Origin: Chrysomallon squamiferum
Lineage: Eukaryota; Animalia; Mollusca
Assembly: GCA_012295275.1 (NCBI GenBank)
Contig: CM022678.1
Span: forward strand, 1,240,001 to 1,304,000
Length of the DNA stretch: 64,000 nt
Direction of reading: 5' to 3'
Position 1 is the first letter of the stretch. The number at the start of each line of letters is the position of its first letter. The notes beneath the pieces are model-generated. The model worked only from the letters and a program-made list of their open reading frames with translations. It ran no database searches and had not been told where the DNA came from. The position numbers were made by a program, and so were the translations under genes. Positions 27,794-40,700 of this stretch are shown here, piece after piece.

Positions 27794-30094
27794 CATCATC
27801 ATCATCATCAAACTGCTTTTCTTACAGAAATGACTGAACATCCGGGATCGGTGACATGTCATCTTGTAAAAAATCACTCGATGTGTCCAAGCAGATGACT
27901 GACAGAACGAGCAGACGGCAAATATTTTGTGTGTGAATTTATTCTACAAGATTGCTGTTTTACTTCTATTTCTACTACAGGTAAGCAAACTTTATACTAT
28001 ACTCCATTTGCGCTTTTTTTCTTTCTTTTTTTTTCTTTTATTAACCAAAAATAACCCTCGCAGAAACAATTACGAAATAATACATTAGAGAACGAGGAAA
28101 AAATATTATTATTTTTATTAATTAATTAATTAATTTATTTAATTTAAATTCATTTATGTATTTACTTGTTACATGGTAGAATTAAATAAATCAATATGTA
28201 AATAAATAAATAAATAAAAAAGCAAACAAATAAATAAAGTACAATGAAAATCAATAAATCAATAAATCAATCAATAAATAAGCAAATAAATAACTAAAGT
28301 AAAATGAAAATAAATAAATAAGAAAGGTATATTTGGATGAAAATTGATCAAACAAAATTACTTTTATGAGTTAGTTTATTTATTTATTTATTATTAGATC
28401 GAATTTTATCTTTGTATAACAACGACAACAACATCAAAAGAATAAAAAATGACAAATAATGGATGCTCTGTTTAAGTATAACCACTGTTGATGAAAGAAT
28501 GTTTGCAAAAATAATAATGTGTACTTTTCTCAGTTGCCTTATAAAATAGTCGATGAAGGAATAAAATGTCTAGGTAATAACTTATTATTTAAGAATACAC
28601 ATAACTGAAATTAATTAATATCTTCAAATATTGATGCTGATATAATTCAGTCTATTCGGGAAGCTGCAAGAAGTGTAGAATAATTATGATAAGTCATTGG
28701 TTAAAAATATTTTCAATGTTTAGTCTACATTAATAAGGTGATTGTTATTTCTATCTACTGATTTAGTATAATTATAATCTAATACTGAGCTGTAGTTTAA
28801 AATAACTAAATTTGATATTCCTTTTTACAGTTATATTTATTAGTTGATTTGGTTCTTGTTTTTTGGTTATTGTTGTAGTTTTATTTTTGGAATGTATTTT
28901 TTAAATCTTTAATAGGGAGTATCATTTTTTTATTTTTTATTTTTTCTGGCAGATTCAAATTATTTTATTGTTTAATTTCTTGTTTGCTTTATATCAAATT
29001 ATTTGTTAAATTGTTTAATTTCTTGTTTGCTTTATATCAAATTATTTGTTAAATTACTTTACTGCTATCAATAAAGAAATAGTACGATATCAGCTGATTT
29101 GGTAAATGTTGGAAAACGAAAAGTGTATTATTAATACACAGTTTCTGTTGTCACATTCTAAAAATAAACAACCTCAATGGTTAAGATCATCGTCACATGA
29201 TCTAGACATGTACCTCATTGAAATATTTAACATGAGTTTTGTCACGTAGACACGAATTAGTGAAGAACACACTTTATTGTTACAAGTGTTTATTACAGAA
29301 AACAAAATTTTGCCAGTCTTAAAAACAAATGTTTTAATTAACAGTTTTAGGACTGAACTACGATTGTGACTATTCCATTTTTATTTTTTTTATTTTCAAA
29401 TACTTTGTATATCATTGTCTTATTCACATATTTCAAAAATGATATCGTATTATCGGTGTTCCGAACACGATGATGATAATGATAATAATAATAATAATAA
29501 TAATAAAATATATATATTTCATTTCATGAATTTGAGGTTCTGTTTGTTGCAAGTCTACTTCAGTGTTAAATAGTAATACGTTTATGTAACGGCTTGTGTG
29601 CGTGTGTGTGTGTGTGTTTTAATTAATCTGCTTTCTTTTGGAGGCTAAGATTAAGTGTCAGAAAATGTTCACGTTTTGTTTCACTAAATTTACGAGACAA
29701 GCAGCAGATACATTTTTCAGTAATGTTTCGTTTCCTTCAGTTTATGTGATATTAAAAAGAATGCACCCTACTCTTTATTATAAAATAGATAACACTGTTT
29801 ACTAACTTTCGTGGAGCTAACTGTTCAGTTATTAAAGAAAATTCAACTATTTTCATTTAAATATGATTAATTCCAGTGCTTAATCTGTAACGTTTGAATA
29901 ATTGATTAACATTTTTCTTAAAAATTATTCTGAAGAATGTATTGGACTTTAAACTGCACTGAATGATTGTGTTGTATAAGTGTGTTGTTTGTTTTGCTTC
30001 TTTTTATTATGTTTCCTTGCAGAAATTATTTTATTATTGAAACTTGGTTTATTGTTGTTGTTGTTGTTCTTCTTCTTCTTCTTCTTCTTCTTTT

Positions 30095-30595
30095 ATTATT
30101 ATCAAATAATGTAGAATGTTAATTTAGTAGATGTGAGGTAGTTTGTTTAATTACATTCGAAAGATTTTTCTTATGAATCACAGAAAGACGTAAATTTAAA
30201 ATGTTTGTTTCATTTGTTTTCATTCTAAACACGATGTTATTATCTACTAAACATCGTTGGTGTAGTCCAACCCGCTGTCCCGCTCTATTGCTTTCTGACT
30301 TCGTATTGAAACCAGTTTTCAGAAACGTAATATATTAGCACATTCAGTGACGTCACAGGGTAACAAGAGTAATACACTGTATTGAAATAAACGGGTGACC
30401 TAGAACATAGACTAGATTAACATGAGATATCTGCGTGTCAGTCATGTGATATTTATTCACATTACAGGTAAAAAAGACAAATTGTAAAAGAACATAAAAC
30501 AATAAAAATGAGATAAAATAAAATAAAATAAGGTGAAGATGGATGAAAGGTTTTAAAATAAAAATGTATTTACGATAGTTAAAATAACATATTCA

Positions 30596-30653
<58 letters not shown>

Positions 30654-31013
30654 ATCAGCTATCTTTTTACACATACTTTAACACACACACACACACGTAT
30701 AAAAAATTGTGAGTAACACGCAGATATATTATGTTTAACTTTTCTACGTAGTCCTAATTGCTGTTTGTTCCAGGTCACCCGTTTATTTCAATACAGTGTG
30801 TTACTCTTGTTACCCTGTGACGTCACTGAATGTTCTAATATATCATGTTTCTGAAAACTGGTTTCAATACGAAGTCAGAAAGCAATAGAGCGGTTGGACT
30901 ACACCAACGATTATAATAAATAATAATATCGTGTTTAGAATGAAAACAGAAATGAAATAAACATTTTAAATTAACAAACTACTAAGTTCATATCCTACAT
31001 TATTTGATAATAA
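30095..31013. repeat. Long inverted repeat (arms about 30095-30407 and 30766-31013), each arm with a TGACGTCA
   Basis: ctctattgctttctgacttcgtattgaaaccagttttcagaaac...gtgacgtcacagggtaacaagagtaa is mirrored by its reverse complement about 360 bp downstream. Confidence 0.9.
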
Positions 31014-31394
31014 ATAAATAAATAAATGTGTGTGTGTGTGTGTGTGTGTATCTTAAATTATATATAAGAGGACAGTTGATGTTTAGTGTAATAAAAAATC
31101 TCTAAAAACAGCTTCAAGGCAATCGCAGATATACATATTATAATTGAGTACATGTTAATCGCTTCTGTTTATAATTTTATGTGACGATTATATAAAATAT
31201 TTTATCTTACTTTCTTATTCCACTGCATAGAAATATTTTATACTTCTGACATTGTCACAAGGTAATCAGAGAAACACTACTGAAATAAACGAGTGACCTA
31301 GAACGAACTGCACATACACAAGATTAAACTTGAGATAGCAGCGTTGGTCGTTAGTGAGTTTTATGTATGTATGTATATATATATATGGCTATGT

Positions 31395-31397
31395 GTG

Positions 31398-31440
<43 letters not shown>

Positions 31441-32040
31441 ATCTGTGTTAGTGTATGTCTGTCTGAGTTTGTGTGTGTGTTTGTGTGGGCGTTTATGTGT
31501 GTGGATTGTGTGTTAGTCTATGTCTGTGTGTATCTGTGTGTCTCTGTGTTTGTGTATGTGTGTTTGTGTCTGTGTTTGTGTTGTATGTGTGTGGGTGTGT
31601 TTGTATCTGTTTATGTGTGTATGCTCCTGAGTGTTTGTATATGTCTCTCTGGATATGTGTGTATGTGTGTGGGTATTTGTGTGTATTTATGTGTGTGTGT
31701 GTTTGTATATGCATGCTTTTGTGTGTGTTTGTGTGAATGTCTGTATACGTGTGTGTGTTCAGTGTGCGTGTTTGTCTCTTTATGTTTGTGTGTGTTCTTC
31801 TGTGTGCGTGTTTGTCTGTCTCTGTATGTTTGTGTGTGTCTGTGTGTGTATGTATCTGTTTGCCTTTGGGACTGTGTTTGTGGTTGTATGTGTTTGTGTC
31901 TATGTATTTTATGGTATGTTTGTGTTTGAGAGTTTGTGTGTGTGTTTGTGGGTGTATTTATGTGTATTTGTGTGGATGTTCTGTGTTTGTATGTTTGTAT
32001 GTGTATGGTTGTCTTTCTGTATGTTTGTGTCTGTGTGTAT
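31395..32040. repeat. (TATC)n followed by a long degenerate (TG)n low-complexity tract
   Basis: Visible directly; source of the Cys/Val-rich spurious ORFs. Confidence 0.95.
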
Positions 32041-32345
32041 GGATATAACTGTCTGTAACCTGTCTCCTCCTATTTTCCATCAAGTTAAGAGTAAATTTTA
32101 CAATTTCACCCACAACCAACCTAACCTGACAAACTTCACTAAACCTAGACTACATTTTTCTACTGTACATTGTTCTTTACATACAGTGTATGACATTTCT
32201 ATACACTGTTTTTTGAGTTAGTTCATCTTACATTATGTTTCCTGTATTATATAGCTGCTACATGTACTGAAATTTAGTACTGCGGTTGATTTTAAGGTTA
32301 ATGTTTGTATTCACGATTTCCACCACGATTTTCACACTCATACAA

Positions 32346-32427
<82 letters not shown>

Positions 32428-32891
32428 CTATTTATGCAAGTAAATCACTTAGATATTTGTGTTACCCGGAATGTTAATAAGTCTAAGAAGCGATATTACA
32501 AAAAATACAAGTTTCTGTATCCCGAGACGACCCCACTGTGTAGAAAATGAGACCAGTCAGTCTCATTACGTGATGACGTCATGATTCCAGCTGGGAAGTG
32601 CTACAGTCGTCAAATGTTTTGTAACTGTTCCTGTCAAACTTTAATCGAATATTTAATCTGAAACTGGCACATAACTGAAAAATAAATAAATAAATAAATA
32701 AATAATGAATTGTTAAACGTATAATTGGATGAAATATAAAATAAAATTATATTTACGAGTTAATGTACTCAAGAGGGATGAATGAAGGTAAACGTTCTGT
32801 GACTGAGAAATAAAATTAAATGATTAAATAAACAATGTCTACCCTGACTTTTCTGACACGAAAACAGAGCAGTCTTATAATATAAATCTTA

Positions 32892-32927
<36 letters not shown>

Positions 32928-34653
32928 TTTGTGTGTGTGTTAGTTTAAGCTATATTTTAGCTTACTATAAGAAAATAATATATAGCTCGCTCCTGTATAC
33001 TGCTCATATCTTTTTGTGCATGTATACAAACTAGTTTGACAAACGTTATACTTAAAAGTGATGTAAAATGTGTTTACACTGTCACCAAGCAACCCCACTA
33101 CGTGTAAACCTGTCACGTGCCCTCTTACAAAAATGTCACCTGACGTGTCTAAGCAGACGATTCACACAGAGAGAGCAAACGGCGTGTAATTTGTGACAAT
33201 TCGTTAGTTGAAAAGATTCCAATTTTATTTCGATTTCTATTGCAGGTAGGGAGAACTTACATTACACTGCCTCATATCAACAAGTATGAACTAATAATAC
33301 TGCATTATAAATAAATAAATTAGCAGCATTTACGAATATGTTGTTCAGTTATAAAGCAGTCGAAAGAGGAATAAATATCCAAGGAATATCTGTTTAAAAA
33401 AAAAAAAAAAAATAATAATAATAATAAAAAATAAACATTAAGTGTTCTCGTCAAATGTTAATGCTCATATAAATTAGTCTATTTAGGAAGTTATAAAAAG
33501 TGTAGAATAATTATGATTAACTAGCACGCACACACACATACATACACACACACATATCAGCCTTACTCTTGTAATGCTAAATAACACAAAAATTAAATGT
33601 AATTAACTTTTCTCTTTCTCAGTTTGACCGCTCTCGAGAGTAGAACCTTCACTCGTGTTTATTTTGTTGTTGCTATACATTTTTAAAATAATTATATAAA
33701 ACTATTTTAAGACCAAAACCAGCAGTTAAATATGAAAGAAGTAACTGAGTAATAATTATATATGTCCGTATGAATGTATGTATGCCTTCATGTATGTCTC
33801 TATGTATGTATGGATGGATGTGTTTGTGTGTGTATATATGATTGTGTGTGTGTGTGCCTGTGTTTGTGTTTGTACCGATTAACCAGTTATTTTTCTTTTC
33901 TTTTCCTTTGTGAAAGACAGTTTCAGCTAATAAACAGAAATTTTATTTGAAACAAACATAGGCATATGACTAAACGAAAAGCTTATCATTATATTTGATA
34001 TTAACTGTTTGTATCAGATACAGAGAAATAGAGGTGATTTCTTGAAGTCAGTGTAAGGTACGTTTAGTAAATGTTGAAAACTGTTATAAAAGTATAATAA
34101 TTTACAAACAACAACCACAGTGATAAATCGTTTTTATTTTTATATTTTACTGGAACATTGTAGTTATAATATCTTACATTTTTTCTAACAGTCATGTTTC
34201 TCTTCTTTTATTACACAGAAGTGTGCGAGTGTGCGTGTGTGTGTGTGTGTTACCTCTTGGTGATAGGCGTATTATTAAAAAGTCTGTTTTAAATCTATCA
34301 CTCCAGTCTTGTCTTCTTCTTCTTCTTCTTCTTCTTATTATTACTATTAATTCTATTTTTCTTTTTCTTTTTAAAATTTTATTTTTTATTTTATTTTATT
34401 TTATTTTTTGTACCATTAATAATATTATAATAAATTTTTTGCATTGTTGTATTTGTTCGTAACTGTTAATGCCCGCATTGATAATACAGGAAAACATTAA
34501 ATATCCAAACAAAAGGTATATTTTAAGTAGGTATGCAGGAAGTAGGCCTGACGCTATGACCGGTTTTGTTCTGCCTTACGCATCAGTAAATAAATAAATA
34601 AATAATGAAATAAAAACTTATAACTAAACAAAGGAAACACAGATTGTGATAAC

Positions 34654-34784
<131 letters not shown>

Positions 34785-35111
34785 GTAAAATTTACTTTTT
34801 GAATTTGAAATTTTAATATGGAGTTTTTTCTCTTTAAAATTATTATTGACATACTAGGTCATATAAGATTCACAATAGCTATGTGCTAAATTTCTCAACA
34901 TTATTAAACGAAAATTTATTATTTATTAAATTACATCCCTAAGATAAATTAAATCAAAAGATAAATACTATAATACAGTTTTGTAAATGTCTGAGAATGA
35001 AATGTTTATTATTAAAACTTAATGTTGTCGCTGTCGTTAACTTTTAAAGTGGACAAGTTTGAACTTGTTAATCACGATCTCCGGTCACTGAACGGAACCA
35101 CGTGATTTAAA

Positions 35112-35142
35112 ATGGCGGAATTATTGCATCCGAAAAAGAAAG
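35112..35142 (+). CDS. Predicted first coding exon of the RHIM-like/nSTAND3/ankyrin gene (MAELLHPKKK, phase-1 end)
   Basis: Strong Kozak context aaaATGGcg in a CpG-containing patch, with CACGTG just upstream and donor AAG|gtaaag at 35143. Phase 1 fits all downstream exons. Confidence 0.55.
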
Positions 35143-35169
35143 GTAAAGAAATTTGTAATGCACTTTATG

Positions 35170-35214
<45 letters not shown>

Positions 35215-37729
35215 AATCCCGATAAACATTGAAATTACTTTGATTCTTTATAATAATTTGATTTTTACTGAATGAAACAACTATTAAGTACTATTGATGA
35301 TCATAAATTATTGTGAATACTGCAGAATAATTTTTAAAAGCATTAAACTTTTCTAACCTCTTAAACAATGTTGTTGTTATTATTATTGTTATTATTATTT
35401 TTATTATTATTATCATTATTATTATTATTACTGTATAATATCACTTTTTTCAGTAATGTAATTATATTCATCCCATCTGAAAATTAAACTACTAGGATTT
35501 TAGACATTGTTGACCCAGTGTTAAGTTAATTTAAAGTCCAATCCAATAAACAGTTAATCGTTGAATATTTACACTGTAATATTTATATATTTTTTTATAC
35601 AGACATAAGAGGAAATGTGTCTGTACATTAACATGAAATCATGAAGTGATCAAGATTTGGAATCGAGAATGTAGCAGATTACTGAAAACTGAAAGCTACA
35701 AATTCGCAATGTGTGTTTATACAAGCAGACACAGTGAAGAAAAAATGATTATGTACAAGATGTGACAGCATCATCCTGATTTGAGGTATTGTTCACTATT
35801 TTATAATTATGTTTTATGTCCAGAAATGAAAAGTTTACCATCTTCATATGTTGTATTAAAATAACTAACTAAAAACAGTTACATATGAGCAGTTAGAGAG
35901 GAAAGTGTGGTCTACTGAAGAACACGATGTTAAGTTATCTAGGAGTTTAAACTGAACAAAAAAGAGTGACACCTGCTTTAAATTCATTGTAATACTAGTC
36001 TGGAAAATGCAGAGTGATCAATAACACAAGTGTTACAAAGACATTACAGTAAACTGAGTTGTGAAAGAACCCACAGGCAACAACGAAATGTAAAAGTTGT
36101 GTCAAACTATTTTTATCACCAGTCCCATCTAACACTGAAAACATAATATCAACTGCAGAGTTCATAAAATAGTTTAAGAAAGCTGATTCAGAGAGAAAAT
36201 GTTACTTTGAGTCTCTAGATTACATCTGTAGTTAAAGGATTCAGTGACAAGTAAACATTCAGCTGCTTCCAACATCCAACTCATCTCTCCAGTTAAATGT
36301 TAGTATTGTCAAGTAATCAGTTGCTGTCATTTCCTGTGCTAAGCTGATTCCACTTCCTTTGTTTATATAAAATGTTTTGATGAGACCCAAATGTGCTCCA
36401 ATAAATTAAAAAATAGACTCCTGACTAGCCAGGGCAGAATTGTTAAAGCCTTGTTTTACAGGTAGACTGTTAGTTGATGAAATTACTAATGATAGTGAGT
36501 GTAGTCAAGCTGATACCAAATATATTTGCTGGACATCACTTTTGTATCATTCCTTTTGTCTGCCGTCTTTGTGCGTCTCACGTTCTCCTTCTTGTCATAT
36601 TTACTGTGAATGACTCAGCTGTTGAATACAGTGGAGTTAAATATTCATATCTGATGCACGAACATCCTGCAGTTTGGATAAATTATGGATACAAATTCGT
36701 AGGGTTTCACTTATAGTTTTTGTATAACTTAATTTAGTACTGATATTAAGAAAACGGAGCATATAACTTAGTAAAATTATTCTGATATTATCTATATATT
36801 TTTATTGTTTATTCAGCTTCTCATTTTCATTGTTTATTGAACTTAATTTAGTATTAGTAATGAAAAATGTTTCAATATAAGTTATTGAAACTATTTTTAT
36901 ATTGTTTATTTACTTAATTTATTAAAAGCATTATTATGATATGGGAATTTACATTGTTTATAGAGCATAGTTTGATATTAGGGTTAACAAAACTAAGAAC
37001 ATAACCAAGTAAAACTATTTTTATTATTAGATTTACATAATTTAATAGGGCAGTTCAGAAAACATACTATAAAGGCTTTGTGATTATGATTATACACGAG
37101 AGGAGGTTTTTCAGTTTTTCCTAACAGCGGTGTTTCTCTGTCAGAGAGTATGACAAAATTGTTTATATCTTTATCAGTGCAGTATACCTCAGTTTACTGT
37201 TTTCTTTCTGATAAGAAATTCTAAATGGACAAAATTATTATTTGTGTGTATAAATGTAGCTTTTCAATTTATTGTTTACTTTTTATTATCATTTGTAAAT
37301 TGACTGATACTGATAATAAATTAACAATTCAAACGGATTTATATACAGTCTGACAGACGAAAACATCAAAAAGGAAAATAAAAAGATAAATGATGAGAAA
37401 AAATATAAACATTTACACACTAATTACTCCCGACTATTACAATTACTGTGTTCACCATTATTTACTGTAATACTTAGGTCATATGTCACAGCATCTATGC
37501 ATAATTAGTTAACAATATTGAGCATATTGTATACAGCAATACTGTTTAGATATATTGTATTACACTGTACCCTGCCAAATCTATACATACAGATAAAAGC
37601 TTTTTTTTTTTTTCAGACATTACTACTGTGGTTAATAATTATGTCTAATTCTCACGATTTTGCAGGTAAGAACATTTTGGGAAATTATGCTTTGAAATTA
37701 TGAATTATAACAAACATATTTCACTGCAG

Positions 37730-40700
37730 GACAACAGCTTGCAGACACATCTCATTCTGGTTCTTTTCAGTTAGGAAATAACTATGTATCTGATAAGTTT
37801 AATAGATAACAGAATACACACTAGTCATTAGTAGTACTTTTCTGTCAGACACTGTGACCCGAACAACATTGAAACATGCACAATATACAATGTATATTTA
37901 TCTGTACCTACATTTAGCACATACACAAAACACGTCCATATACACACATATACATGCAGACACACATACACAAATATATTCAAACAGAGTCACAGTGTAT
38001 GTGTGTTAAACTGAATGTTGTTATATCTCTACACATAGATTATAAATCTTTAATAATGTTATGTAATTCTCAGAATTTTGCATGTAAAAACATTTTTAGA
38101 AATTATGCATTGAAATTGTGAATTATAAAAATGTATTTACTCTGTTTCACAGCAGGACAACTGACAGCAGACGTATCTCATTCTGGTTCTATTGAAATAA
38201 GACATAACACTATAAACCGTAAGTTAAAAACTGAAAGTTTTCTCTTCCCTACATGTTTAATAGATAACACAGTACATAGTAGTCACTAGTAGTACTTTTC
38301 TGTCACACATTGTAACGTGAACAACATAGAAACATACACATAAATTCATACACACAATGCATACATACCTGTGCTTACATTTAGCACACACACAAAATAT
38401 CTACCTGCACACATGGAGTAAACAGACACACACAAATATATTCAGACGCAGTGTATGTATGTTCAACTGCATGTTGTCATATCTCTATATCTAGATACAA
38501 AAAACTGCTACTATATTTAATAATGATATCTAATTCTGAGAATTTTGCAGGTAAAAACATTTATAGAAATTATCCATTGAAGGTGTGAATTATAAAAATG
38601 TATTTTCTCTGTTTCACTGCAGTACAACAGTCAGAAAACCTACGTCATTCAGTTTTTTCTCAAATAGGAAATAACTATGGATGCGGTGAGTTAAAAACTG
38701 AAAGATTCTCTTCTCTGCATGTTTAATAAATAACAGAATACACATCACAGTAGTCATTTTCAGAGACACAGTGTATGTATGTTAAAGTGTATACTGTCAT
38801 ATCTCTACGTAAAAACTAAAACATTTATTTGTTTTGTATTTCAAACACTGCTATATCTAATTCTCTAAAATTTCCAGGTAAAAACATTTTTGGAAATTGT
38901 GCATTGAAGTTAAGAATTATAAAATTTTTTCACTGCAGGACAAAAGCCAGGAGACACATCTCATTCTGGTTCTTTTCAATTAGGAAATAACTATGTATCT
39001 GATAAGTTTAATAGATAACAGAATACACACTAGTCATTAGCAGTAATTTTCTGTCAGACACTGTGACCCGAACAACATTGAAACATGCACAATATACAAT
39101 GTATATTTATCTGTACCTACATTTAGCACATACACAAAACATGTACATTATACACACATATACATGCAGACACACAGACACAAATACATTCAGTCAGAGA
39201 CACAGTGTTTGTGTGTTAAACTGCATGTTGTTATATCTCTACACATAGATACAAACTCCTACTATATTTAATAATTATATATAATTCTCAGAATATCTCA
39301 GGCAAAAATATTTTTAGAAATTATCCGTTGAAGGTGTGAATTATAAAAATGTATTTATTCTGTTTCACTGCAGTACAACAGTCAGAAAACATATCTCATT
39401 CTGGTTCTACTGAAATAAGAGATAACACTATAAACCGTAAGTTAAAAACTGAAAGTTTTCTCTTCGCTACATTTTAATAGATAACACAGTACATAGTAGT
39501 CATTAGTACTACTTTTCTGTCACACATTGTAACATGAACAACATAGAAACATGCACATAAATTCATACACACAATGCATACATACCTGTACTTACATTTA
39601 GCACACACACAAAATATCTACCTGCAGACATAGAGTAAACAGACACACACAAATATATTCAGACGCAGTGTATGTATGTTCAACTGCATGTTGTCATATC
39701 TCTATATCTATTTAATAATGATATCTAATTCTGAGAATTTTGCAAGTTAAAACATTTTTAGAAATTATCCATTGAAGGTGTGAATTATAAAAATGTATTT
39801 TCTCTGTTTCACTGCAGGACAACTAGGCCATTTAGCTGTTTTTCAAACAGGAAATAACTATGCATGCGGTGAGTTAAAAACTGAAAGTTTTCTCTTTTCT
39901 ACATGATTAATAAATAACAGAATACACATCACAGTAGTCATTTTCAGAGACACAGTGTATGTATGTTAAAGTGTATACTGTCATATGTCTACGTAAACAC
40001 AAAAACATTTATGTGTTTTGTATTTCAAACATTACTATATCTAATTTTGAGAATTAAATATAGCAGTATTTGAAATACAAAAAAATAAAAAAAAAAAAAT
40101 AAATAAAAATGTTTTTGTGTTTACGTAGACATATGACAGTATAAAGGTTTTTGGAAATTATGCATTGAAATTGTGAATTATAAAAAAAATATTTCACTGC
40201 AGGACAACAGCCAGCACACACATCTCATTCTGGTTCTTTTCAATTAGGAAATAACTATGTATCTGATAAGTTTAATAGAAACAGAATACACACTAGTCAT
40301 TAGTAGTACTTTTCTGTCAGACACTGTGACCCGAACAACATTGTCTGCACAATATATACAATGTATATTTATCTCTACCTACATTTAGCACATGCACAAA
40401 AAACGTACATAAACACACATAACATGCAGACACACAAACACACATAACATGCAGACACACAAACACAAATATATTCAGAGTCACAGTGTATGTGTGTTAA
40501 ACTGCATGTTGATATATCTCTACACATAGATTATAAATCTTTAATAATTATATATAATTCTCAGAATTTTGCAGGTAAAAATATTTTTAGAAATTATGCA
40601 TTGAAATTGTGAATTATAAAAATGTATTTACTCTGTTTCACAGCAGGACAAGAGCCACCAAATATATATCATTCTGGTTCTACTGAAATAAGACATAACA

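Noticed and set aside
31354-32221. Cys/Val-rich ORFs of about 190 aa
   Set aside because: Degenerate TG repeat that is open in several frames.
35603-35785. Possible exon (tttttatacag| ... gag|gtattg) after the ATG exon
   Set aside because: Has a stop in the required phase-1 frame (DIRGNVSVH*). It is left out of the model. If it is really included, the 35112 ATG would be a uORF and the start assignment would need revision.
37793-37800. ATAAGT donors as U12 AT-AC introns
   Set aside because: They lack the ATATCCT consensus and the downstream acceptors are AG; best explained as mutated GTAAGT.
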